Assembly (NCBI GenBank): GCA_043800695.1
Contig: JAZDMU010000053.1
Location: forward strand, 29,721-93,720
Length of the DNA: 64,000 nt
Direction: 5' to 3'
From: Bacteroidota bacterium
Lineage (GTDB): Bacteria; Bacteroidota; Bacteroidia; Bacteroidales; VadinHA17
Position 1 is the stretch's first letter; every line of letters starts with the position of its first letter. The notes under the pieces were generated by a model. The model did not search any database, was not told the DNA's origin, and worked only from the letters and a program-made list of their open reading frames with translations. This document shows positions 39,584-47,879 of the stretch, piece after piece. The position numbers and the translations under genes are program-made.

Positions 39584-40903
39584 TTAAATAACTGGATGAT
39601 CTTTTGAAAATTTCTTCAACCTGATTTCAAGATCCCCGAACTGCTTCCCGGGAATAAGTGAAACGCACGCCCTGAGTCCTTCACTCCGTTCACTTCCGGT
39701 AATATCAAGAGTAATTGCGCTGATGCCATAATGAAGAAGCTTTTCAAGCAGTTCTTTTCCGGTCATCCCCGGATAAGAGATCGTAAAATAGAATCCGTCA
39801 GCGATCGGCTCATCCATATCGCGGTCATAAACTATCCTGAATCCGTTTGCAGTGAAGAGTTTTTTCATGATAGCGGCCTTTTCACCATACTCTTTAACAT
39901 CATCCCTGTACCGGTATTTGCCGTCATTCACAGCTTTAAGCAGGGCAGCAAGCCCGAACTGGGCTGAATGTGAGACTCCGGCAGATAAACTGTACAGAGC
40001 TCCAAAGATAATGGAATGTCCGAACTTGTCAGTTGAATAATATCTCCGTAAATCGGGATATGAACGGTTGAACAGATGGTCGGAAATTGCCATCATCCCG
40101 ATGCGCTGACCTGCATAACTGAATATCTTTGAACTGGATATCAACAGGATAAAGTCATTGGTATAATGCCCGACCGACGGCTGGAAGGGAGGGTGACCCG
40201 GAACTGAATAATCCTTCCTGAAATCCATCCCGAAATAAGCAAGGTCCTCGATCACGATCACATCATATTTCCTGCATAGTTCCCCGATAATTGATAGCTC
40301 TTCCTCGGTTAGACATATCCATGCGGGGTTATTGGGATTGGAATAGAGCAGTGATGAGATCTTGCCGGTTTTCAGGAATGATTCGAGCTTTGCCTTCAGT
40401 TTTTTTCCCCTGTAATTGTATACATCAAATGAATGATAATCATGACCAAGCATCCTGACCTGCTGTTTCTGCACAGGGAATCCCGGATCGATGAAGAGTG
40501 TTCCCTCTTTTGTTTTGTCGTTTCTGTTTGCCACAAGGAAGCTCACCATCCCTCCCATCATTGATCCGACTGTCGGAATGCATCCTTCAGGTTTCAGATC
40601 AAGGTTCAGGAACAATTTTATAAAACGTGAGGTCTCTTTCTTGAGTGAAGGTATACCTGAAATATCTGGATAGACCGATGCAACACCTTTCTTTAATGCT
40701 TCTATCTCAGCATCAACTCCGATTGCTGGCGCCGGCAGCCCCGGTACGCCCATTTCCATCCTGACAAACTTCATACCAGAAGCTTTCTCGATCTCGTTGA
40801 TCAGATAAGTTATTTCACGTATAGAAGCTGATCCCAGGGCCGGTATGCCGGTTTTGTTTATCAGGTCAATTATTAATTCGTCAGATATCGGAAACTTGTC
40901 CAT
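39584..40903 (-). CDS. PLP-dependent aminotransferase (class I/II)
   Basis: 439 aa, NPNNPAW and the PLP-Lys block SSSKIFSYAGQRIG. Confidence 0.85.
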   Translation of the reverse strand: MDKFPISDELIIDLINKTGIPALGSASIREITYLINEIEKASGMKFVRMEMGVPGLPAPAIGVDAEIEALKKGVASVYPDISGIPSLKKETSRFIKLFLNLDLKPEGCIPTVGSMMGGMVSFLVANRNDKTKEGTLFIDPGFPVQKQQVRMLGHDYHSFDVYNYRGKKLKAKLESFLKTGKISSLLYSNPNNPAWICLTEEELSIIGELCRKYDVIVIEDLAYFGMDFRKDYSVPGHPPFQPSVGHYTNDFILLISSSKIFSYAGQRIGMMAISDHLFNRSYPDLRRYYSTDKFGHSIIFGALYSLSAGVSHSAQFGLAALLKAVNDGKYRYRDDVKEYGEKAAIMKKLFTANGFRIVYDRDMDEPIADGFYFTISYPGMTGKELLEKLLHYGISAITLDITGSERSEGLRACVSLIPGKQFGDLEIRLKKFSKDHPVI

Positions 40904-40965
40904 TGCACTAATTCAAAAATCGGTTTTTTATTAAGTGTATCTTTTACACTTAATAATCTGATACA

Positions 40966-43026
40966 TTATTTTTTTTCAATCCTTATTCTTGCATCCACAA
41001 CAGTAATAGCTTCGGTGCTTCCGATCAGCGGGTTCAGGTCCATCTCCTTGATCTCGGTTGCAAAACGGAGCAGGCTTGAGAGCCTTACAATAATGTCAGC
41101 GAACTCAGCTTCGTTGATGCCCGGTTTTCCGCGTGTGCCTTTGATTATCCTGTAACTTCGAAGGCTCCTGATCATCGAGTTCGCTTCGCTGAGCGTAAGA
41201 GGCGCGAGCCCTGACGATAGATCGCCGAGCACCTCCACAAAAATTCCTCCGAGGCCGCAGAGTATTATATGCCCGAATTTTGGTTCATATTTGGCTCCGA
41301 TGAAAAGCTCCGTTCCGGTTATCATCTGCTGGAGCAGGACAGCCTTCACCCCTTTTATCTTCATCATCCTGTTGAACTCGGCCTTAAGGTGAGTATGTGA
41401 TTTGACATTTAGTGTCACGCCGCCGACATCTGACTTATGTACCGGGCCTACAACTTTCATGGCAAGGGGATACCCGATCTTTTCTGAAAATGATGTCAGC
41501 TCCCTCCTGTTCTTCACCACTGCTTCCCTCACCATGGGTATTTTTGCCGCGCCGAGAAGCTGCTGAATTATATCCGGTTCAAGATAACCTGAGGGCGAGC
41601 TGTCGACTATCCTGCGTATTAGCGGTACATCAATATCCTTGAGAAATATCTTTTCTTCAGCGGGATAAGGCGTATTGGATATTCTTGTAAGTGCACGGCC
41701 GAGAAGAACCTCGTCAGGAAAGTTCACATGTCCCTTATCCAGAAAATATGTCAGCTCATTCTGTGAGCTTGCTACTGATGGCAATATCGGGAAAAGCGGC
41801 TTCTTACATTCCCCGATCTTTCTGTGCATCAGCTCATAAATATCTGTCATATCATTGAGCCCGTTGTTACCGAAGATCACAGTCATACCGTCAATCCCCG
41901 GCATTTCCATGTCCACATAATCTATTACTTTCCCCAGCTGCTCATTGGTGGCGGTAGCTATGAGGTCAATCGGGTTGTCGGCCGATGCACCGGGGTTCAT
42001 CATTGCCAGGAGCTTGTCGTTGTGCTCTCCTGTTATTCTTGGTATATTCATTCCGCCTGCGGCCAGGGCATCGGTGAGCATTACAGCCGGTCCGCCGGCA
42101 TGGGTTACAATTGCAATATTCCTTCCTTTCAGGTGCTTGTGAAAGAATACCGATGCAACAGTGGTCAGTTCCTCGCGTCCCGAGCACCTCACTATGCCTG
42201 CTTTCCGGAAGAGTGCTTCAACTGCCGAGTCGGATGATGCAAGGGCTCCTGTATGCGATGATGCCGCCCTGATTCCTGCTTCAGAAGTCCCGGCTTTAAT
42301 AGCGGCGATCCTGCATCCTTTCCTTATCAGCGAGGAGGCATGATGCAGAAGCTTGTCAGGATTCTGAATGCTTTCAACATATATAAGCTTGATCAGCGAA
42401 CTGGACACGGGATCAAATGTGTTATCCCAGTATTCCAGGACTTCCTCAACCCCTGTCTGGGCACTGTTACCTACAGAAAAGACACTGGCAAACTTCACTC
42501 CCTTGGGAATGGCTGATTCAAAAATGAATACAGCCGTTGCACCGGAACCTGATACAAAATCACAGCCTCTGCCGTCGAGCTTCGGCACAGGTGAGGTAAA
42601 AACACCGCTGTACGACTGCGTGATAACTCCGATGCAATTAGGACCGATCAGTGTGCCGCCTGCATTGTCAATACGACTTGTTATTTCCTTTTCAAGCTTC
42701 CTGCCTTCTTCTCCTGTTTCACTGAACCCCGCGGAAATAATTATAAATGCCCTGGTATTCTTTTCCCTGAGAAGAACCTCAACAGCAGGGAGGCACAGTT
42801 TTGCCTGAATGGCAAGTATTGCAAGGTCGGTTTGAGGAATATCCTTAATATCGCGGTAAGATCTGAGCCCCTGCACCGAATCCTGTCTGGGATTAACCAC
42901 ACAGAGCTCTCCGGCGAACTTTCCGTCGATTATGTTTTTCAGGATTTTACCGCCCGGCTTAAAAAGATCTTCAGATCCCCCGACAACGACTATGCTGCCT
43001 GGATTTATCAGTTTTTCGTTTACCAT
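40966..43026 (-). CDS. ADP-forming acyl-CoA synthetase (fused alpha/beta, NDP-forming acetate--CoA ligase family)
   Basis: 686 aa. CoA-binding N-domain (SIVVVGGSED), a succinyl-CoA-synthetase-like ligase domain, and a C-terminal ATP-grasp (YPLAMKVVGPVHKSDVGGV). Confidence 0.85.
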   Translation of the reverse strand: MVNEKLINPGSIVVVGGSEDLFKPGGKILKNIIDGKFAGELCVVNPRQDSVQGLRSYRDIKDIPQTDLAILAIQAKLCLPAVEVLLREKNTRAFIIISAGFSETGEEGRKLEKEITSRIDNAGGTLIGPNCIGVITQSYSGVFTSPVPKLDGRGCDFVSGSGATAVFIFESAIPKGVKFASVFSVGNSAQTGVEEVLEYWDNTFDPVSSSLIKLIYVESIQNPDKLLHHASSLIRKGCRIAAIKAGTSEAGIRAASSHTGALASSDSAVEALFRKAGIVRCSGREELTTVASVFFHKHLKGRNIAIVTHAGGPAVMLTDALAAGGMNIPRITGEHNDKLLAMMNPGASADNPIDLIATATNEQLGKVIDYVDMEMPGIDGMTVIFGNNGLNDMTDIYELMHRKIGECKKPLFPILPSVASSQNELTYFLDKGHVNFPDEVLLGRALTRISNTPYPAEEKIFLKDIDVPLIRRIVDSSPSGYLEPDIIQQLLGAAKIPMVREAVVKNRRELTSFSEKIGYPLAMKVVGPVHKSDVGGVTLNVKSHTHLKAEFNRMMKIKGVKAVLLQQMITGTELFIGAKYEPKFGHIILCGLGGIFVEVLGDLSSGLAPLTLSEANSMIRSLRSYRIIKGTRGKPGINEAEFADIIVRLSSLLRFATEIKEMDLNPLIGSTEAITVVDARIRIEKK

Positions 43027-43251
43027 TTCTTCAATACAAACACACTAATCTCACAATCCGTAAAACCGTTTCAGGAATGCTGCATTTTGAGCAATGCTGA
43101 ATAGATAAAGCTCTGATATGTAATGATTTACGATAAATATACCCAGAATTAACAGTTGAGCAATATAATAAAAAATAATAGTACAAAACAGGATAGATTA
43201 TATTTAAAATAAACATATTTGTAACCGATGGTGTGACACGAACTGAAGTCG

Positions 43252-43370
43252 CATGAACCCATCCCCCAACCCCCTTCCCTGCTTCGCAAGGAAGGGGGCT
43301 ATAAAGTTGTAAATCAACATGCTCCCCCTCCTTGCGAAGCAGGGAGGGGGACAAAGGGGGTGGGTACATG
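43252..43370. repeat. Inverted pair of ~47-nt GC-rich family-E-like units
   Basis: CATGAACCCATCCCCCAACCCCCTTCCCTGCTTCGCAAGGAAGGGGG (43252-43298) faces CCCCCTCCTTGCGAAGCAGGGAGGGGGACAAAGGGGGTGGGTACATG (43324-43370). Each unit also has an internal hairpin. Confidence 0.85.
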
Positions 43371-43381
43371 TTGCAAATAAA

Positions 43382-44515
43382 ATGAATATGACTGTAAACC
43401 ATATACTCAATAAAAACTCTCTTGAAAAAGAAGATATCATCTCCCTTCTCCAGTCTAAAGGCGAGGACAGAACTCTCCTTTTCAGAAAGTCCGCTGAGGT
43501 AAAAGAAAAATATATCGGCAAAAAAGTCTGGTTCCGGGGACTCATTGAATTCTCAAACATATGCAGTAAAGACTGCCTCTATTGCGGTATCAGGAAAGGA
43601 AACAAAAATCTCGTACGCTACAGTCTTACTGATGATGAAATTCTGGCAGCGGCCAGATTTGCTTTTGAAAACAAATATGGCTCAATAGCCCTCCAGTCGG
43701 GAGAACTCGAAAGTCCTTCCGTTACTGACAGGATCGGGAACCTTCTGCACAAAATCAAGGAGCTTTCAGGCGGGAAACTTGGAGTTACACTTTCTGTCGG
43801 CGAACAGGAACCTGAAGTATATAAAGAATGGTTTGACGCGGGTGCACACAGATATCTCCTGCGTGTTGAATCAACAAATATTGAACTCTACAGAAAGATC
43901 CACCCGAATGACGGGAAACATGATTTCCACAGAAGACTCGCATGCCTTAAAAGCCTCCAGGACATTGGATATCAGACAGGCACAGGCGTAATGATCGGAT
44001 TGCCGTTCCAGACTCCTGAAGATCTTGCAGACGACCTTATCTACATGCGCGATTTCGACATTGACATGTGCGGACTGGGCCCTTATATTGAGCATGCTGA
44101 TACGCCTCTGATCGAACATGCTGATAAATTACTGCCTCTCACTGAAAGGTTTGATCTGACCCTGAAAATGATCGCAATTCTGAGAATTATGATGAAGGAC
44201 ATAAATATTGTTGCGGCCACAGCTTTGCAGGCGATAGATCCGATCGGAAGGGAAAAAGCAATAAAGATCGGAGCAAACATAATTATGCCCAATATCACCC
44301 CGGGTAAATACAGGGACAGTTATAAGCTTTATGAAAATAAACCTTGTACTGATGATTCGGCCGAGGATTGCCAGAGCTGTCTTGAAGCAAGGGTGAGCCT
44401 GGCTGAGGCAGAAGTGATCTACGGGGAATGGGGAGACTCAAAGCATTTTGAAAACAGGCTCAGGGCTCAGGGCGCAGAGCGCAGAGCACAGGGCTCAGAA
44501 AAGAGGAAACCGTGA
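43382..44515 (+). CDS. hydE: [FeFe]-hydrogenase H-cluster maturase HydE (radical SAM)
   Basis: Start moved to MNMTVNHIL, because the upstream 21 codons translate the family-E repeat. CSKDCLYCGIRKGN (CX3CX2C) on a biotin-synthase-like fold. The tail RAQGAERRAQGSEKRKP is encoded by a CAGGGCN array. Confidence 0.8.
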   Translation: MNMTVNHILNKNSLEKEDIISLLQSKGEDRTLLFRKSAEVKEKYIGKKVWFRGLIEFSNICSKDCLYCGIRKGNKNLVRYSLTDDEILAAARFAFENKYGSIALQSGELESPSVTDRIGNLLHKIKELSGGKLGVTLSVGEQEPEVYKEWFDAGAHRYLLRVESTNIELYRKIHPNDGKHDFHRRLACLKSLQDIGYQTGTGVMIGLPFQTPEDLADDLIYMRDFDIDMCGLGPYIEHADTPLIEHADKLLPLTERFDLTLKMIAILRIMMKDINIVAATALQAIDPIGREKAIKIGANIIMPNITPGKYRDSYKLYENKPCTDDSAEDCQSCLEARVSLAEAEVIYGEWGDSKHFENRLRAQGAERRAQGSEKRKP

Positions 44516-44550
44516 AACTCCTTGGTTAACTCCGTGCAACTCCGTGGTTA
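44457..44550. repeat. CAGRGCN heptamer array followed by AACTCCGTG repeats
   Basis: ggctcagggctcagggcgcagagcgcagagcacagggctcag ... ccgtgaaactccttggttaactccgtgcaactccgtgg. Confidence 0.85.
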
Positions 44551-44576
44551 GATTGATGATTACTAAACCTATAGAT

Positions 44577-47144
44577 ATGAAAAAGACAATCCTGATCCAG
44601 ATACTTATAATTGCATCAGTATTGGTCAAGGCACAGGTTACGCTTGACTATTATCTTCCCTCAGACGTCACCTACAACTCTTCAACCCCGACCCCGAAAC
44701 AGATTGCGGGTCACGAGATAGGTGAATGGCACCTCACGCATGATAAGCTTTATTTCTACATGCTTGAACTGGCCAGGGTATCCGAAAGGGCAGTATGGGA
44801 AGAGTACGGAAAAAGCCATGAAGGACGTCCTCTCGGACAGCTTATTATAAGCTCACCTGAAAATATCAGGAACATTGAGCAGTTACGTCAACAGCATCTT
44901 TTATTGTGCGATCCGTCTCATTCGGGGAAACTGGATATCAGTATAATGCCGGTTTTCATAAAGCTGGGGTATGGAGTGCACGGTAATGAATCGAGCGCCC
45001 AGAATGCATCGACACTGGTTGCATATTACCTTGTCGCAGGTGAAGGAGCAAAGATAGATGAGCTTCTGAAAAACGCTGTCATTCTGGTAGATCCATCGCT
45101 TAACCCCGACGGTATGCAGCGTCATTCCACATGGGTCAATTTTACTAAGAGCCTCAACAATAATCCCGATGCAAATTCCTGGGAGTTCAGCGAAAACTGG
45201 CCGGGAGGAAGGACCAACCATTACTGGTTCGATCTTAACCGTGATTATATAATGCTCCAGCACCCCGAATCTGTTGGCCGGGTCGCCGCATTCTTCAGAT
45301 GGAGACCGAACATAAACACCGATCACCATGAGATGGGTGCTAATGCAACATTCTTCTTCCAGCCTGGCGTGCAGAGCAGGAACAATCCCCTCACACCTTC
45401 TGATAACCAGGCACTTACTGCCGAAGTAGGCTTATACCATGAGAAATACCTTAACAGGATAGGCAGCCTTTACTATGCTGAAGAAGGATATGATGATTTT
45501 TATGTCAGCAAAGGCTCGTCATACCCTGATATACACGGGTCGGTGGGAATTCTCTTTGAGCAGGCCGGAGTAAAAGGACATCTGAGAAATACGGTCAACG
45601 GGCTTCTTTCATTTCCGTTCGCCATCAGAAACCAGTTTAATGTATCGCTTTCAAGCCTGGAGGCGGGACTTAACATGAAAAACAAACTTCTGGAAAGCCA
45701 GAGGAAATATTTCACAGATATTCCGGCCCTCGCCGACCGGCACCCTGTGAAAGCCTATATATTCACTGAGCCGGATGATAATTACAGATTGTCGGAATTC
45801 ATCAAAAACCTTCTTTACCATAAGATCAGGGTTTACAGACTATCAAAGGATATAATCAGGGACGGAATCACTTACAGGGCAGACAACAGCTATGTGGTTC
45901 CGCTGAAGCAGAACGAGCACAGGTTCATCCGGAGCCTGTTCGAACCGATTAAAGAGTTCACCGACAGCGCTTTTTATGATGTATCTACCTGGGTATTGCC
46001 AATGTCATTCAACATTCAATATTCAGCGATTAACGTTATTAAGGAGATGGAAGGTCTTGCAGGAGCTGAAATTACTGAAACACCTGTTGTCGCCGGAAAA
46101 ATTGAAGGTATTGGAGATCTATATGCATACCTCTTCGGGTGGAACGAATATCTTGCACCCAAAGCTCTCTATGCGCTTCAGTCCGCAGGAATAATCACTA
46201 AAGTAGCCACAGGCAGATTTACCTATGATGACGGTAGTTTCAGGCATGAGTTCCTGTATGGCACAATACTGGTTCCGGTTTCAGGGCAATCTCTTTCACC
46301 CGAGCAGGTCAGGTCGCTGATCGGGACCATTGCAGCGGATTGCCGGATAACAGTATATGGAGTAAGCACAAGCCTTACACCAGAAGGTATCGACCTCGGG
46401 AGCTCAGGATTCACTGTTCTCCGCAAACCCTCGATACTCATGATAGTCGGAGATGGCACAAACAGCACTGATGCCGGAGAGATATGGCACATGCTTGATA
46501 CACGCTTCAATATGCCGGTGACCATGGTAACGGCCTCACGGTTCGGATCAGTCGATCTGAGCGGATACAATGTGCTTATCATAACCGGATCGCCCGATAT
46601 CAGTCCGGCAGGCATAGAGAATATCAGTACATGGAACCGCCAGGGAGGTACACTGATTGGTTATGAATCGGGCAACAACTGGCTGGCCAGGAATAAACTC
46701 GCTGAAATAGAATATGTTCCGGAACCGGAACCGGTAAAGAAGGAAGGTGAGTACGCCAATCGCACGCTTGATAATCTGTCACGTCAGATCCCGGGTTCGA
46801 TTTTTGAAACAGAGCTTGATCTTACCCACCCGCTCTGCTATGGCATTACAAGAGACCGTCTTCCGGTTTTCAAATCGGGAGCTTCAGCTTCAATAAAGGA
46901 TAAGAATATTTACAATAACCCGGTGATTTATTCTTCAAATCCGCTGCTCAGCGGCTACTGCTCAAAAACTAATGCTGAGAGGCTGAGCGGATCGGCTTTT
47001 GCCAGCGTTCACGGCGCCAGGGTGATCTCAATTTATGACAATACCAATTTCAGGGCTGTCTGGTACGGTACGAACAAGATATTCATGAATGCGGTGTTCT
47101 TCGGGCAGATCCTCGGACAAGGCAGGTATGAGTACGGAGAATAG
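44577..47144 (+). CDS. M14-family zinc carboxypeptidase-like protein, secreted
   Basis: Start moved to MKKTILIQILIIASVLVKAQ (signal peptide). Zn motif GVHGNESS (HxxE), then a long C-terminal extension. Confidence 0.8.
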   Translation: MKKTILIQILIIASVLVKAQVTLDYYLPSDVTYNSSTPTPKQIAGHEIGEWHLTHDKLYFYMLELARVSERAVWEEYGKSHEGRPLGQLIISSPENIRNIEQLRQQHLLLCDPSHSGKLDISIMPVFIKLGYGVHGNESSAQNASTLVAYYLVAGEGAKIDELLKNAVILVDPSLNPDGMQRHSTWVNFTKSLNNNPDANSWEFSENWPGGRTNHYWFDLNRDYIMLQHPESVGRVAAFFRWRPNINTDHHEMGANATFFFQPGVQSRNNPLTPSDNQALTAEVGLYHEKYLNRIGSLYYAEEGYDDFYVSKGSSYPDIHGSVGILFEQAGVKGHLRNTVNGLLSFPFAIRNQFNVSLSSLEAGLNMKNKLLESQRKYFTDIPALADRHPVKAYIFTEPDDNYRLSEFIKNLLYHKIRVYRLSKDIIRDGITYRADNSYVVPLKQNEHRFIRSLFEPIKEFTDSAFYDVSTWVLPMSFNIQYSAINVIKEMEGLAGAEITETPVVAGKIEGIGDLYAYLFGWNEYLAPKALYALQSAGIITKVATGRFTYDDGSFRHEFLYGTILVPVSGQSLSPEQVRSLIGTIAADCRITVYGVSTSLTPEGIDLGSSGFTVLRKPSILMIVGDGTNSTDAGEIWHMLDTRFNMPVTMVTASRFGSVDLSGYNVLIITGSPDISPAGIENISTWNRQGGTLIGYESGNNWLARNKLAEIEYVPEPEPVKKEGEYANRTLDNLSRQIPGSIFETELDLTHPLCYGITRDRLPVFKSGASASIKDKNIYNNPVIYSSNPLLSGYCSKTNAERLSGSAFASVHGARVISIYDNTNFRAVWYGTNKIFMNAVFFGQILGQGRYEYGE

Positions 47145-47229
47145 TTGCTAGTTGCTAGTTGCTCGTTGCTCGTTGCTTGTTGCTTGTTATCTGGCTTTAA
47201 CCAGCAACCAGCAACCAGGAACCAGCAAC
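47145..47229. terminator. Family A heptamer hairpin: GTTGCTN x6 facing AACCAGC x4
   Basis: gttgctagttgctagttgctcgttgctcgttgcttgttgcttgtt-atctggcttt-aaccagcaaccagcaaccaggaaccagcaac fills the whole gap between convergent genes. Confidence 0.8.
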
Positions 47230-47231
47230 TT

Positions 47232-47756
47232 TCAAAATACCATCCTCCGGACGTGCACTTGCTTTAATGCTTTCAGGTCCCTTTCAAGATGTTCACGTTG
47301 TGCATGGTCACCTGTAAGCTCAAGGATGATCAGTCCGGCCGGCTGGCCGAAAAAGGTTTCATTGACTCCCAGCCGGGTGCGTATATAACAGCCGTAAGCT
47401 GTAAGCACTTTCTGGACTGCTGAAACAACATAAATATCTTTTTCAACAAGTATTCCCAGTATTTCAGCCGTATCATCAGCTATTCCGGCAATTGTTTTTT
47501 CATTCTCCGAAGAGAAGATCATCTGGCTGAAGACAACCCCGCCAAGAGGTTCAAGCTCGCTGATCAGCCTATCGGATTCCGACTCGTCATCTTTCAGGTG
47601 CAGAATGATATAAGCTTCGCGGCTGCAGACATTGTCTGTAACCTCATGAAATCCGAGACGCGTTGTGATAACTCCGGCGTGCCTCGATAAGATTCCCTGT
47701 GTAAGCCCGGCTTCCTTTATCCGGTCAACTATTTTAATCCCAAGTACTTTTATCAT
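47232..47756 (-). CDS. Tandem-duplicated TM1266-like (ACT/NikR-C-like) putative iron-only hydrogenase system regulator
   Basis: Start moved to MIKVLGIKIV. There are two ~85-aa halves, each with the TM1266-family pattern (ILGI.V......V..+L......I..RLG......G+I.LEL.G). It lies next to hydG. Confidence 0.6.
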   Translation of the reverse strand: MIKVLGIKIVDRIKEAGLTQGILSRHAGVITTRLGFHEVTDNVCSREAYIILHLKDDESESDRLISELEPLGGVVFSQMIFSSENEKTIAGIADDTAEILGILVEKDIYVVSAVQKVLTAYGCYIRTRLGVNETFFGQPAGLIILELTGDHAQREHLERDLKALKQVHVRRMVF

Positions 47757-47798
47757 TGGTTTGTTTATAGATATTTTTCTTAACCACGAAGTTTCACA

Positions 47799-47877
47799 GT
47801 CCCGAGTACTCGGGATCACGGAGTGACACGGTTTTTTCTTTTTTGAACCCTGTGCCCTGTGCCCTGCGCCCTGAGCC
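47799..47877. repeat. Family B 33-nt element with the perfect palindrome TCCCGAGTACTCGGGA, plus a CCCTGNG heptamer array
   Basis: gtcccgagtactcgggatcacggagtgacacgg (47799-47831), then ccctgtgccctgtgccctgcgccctgagcc (47847-47877) directly after the hydG stop. Confidence 0.85.
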
Positions 47878-47879
47878 TT

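Noticed and set aside
43031-43560. The ORFs 43031-43402 and 43204-43560 (-) lie in the acs/hydE divergent region. The 21-codon N-terminal extension of hydE from 43319 is also considered here.
   Set aside because: They run through the family-E GC-rich inverted repeat (peptides such as PLPCEAGKGVGGWV) and are antisense to the hydE 5' end. The hydE homology starts at MNMTVNHIL.
12966-44576. The N-terminal extensions proposed by the ORF track for DUF5916 (12966), pheT (25960) and the M14 peptidase (44448).
   Set aside because: The internal Met gives a canonical signal peptide or a conserved N-terminus (MHRSLIII.., MKISYNWIKDY.., MKKTILIQ..). The extensions cross hairpins or repeats.
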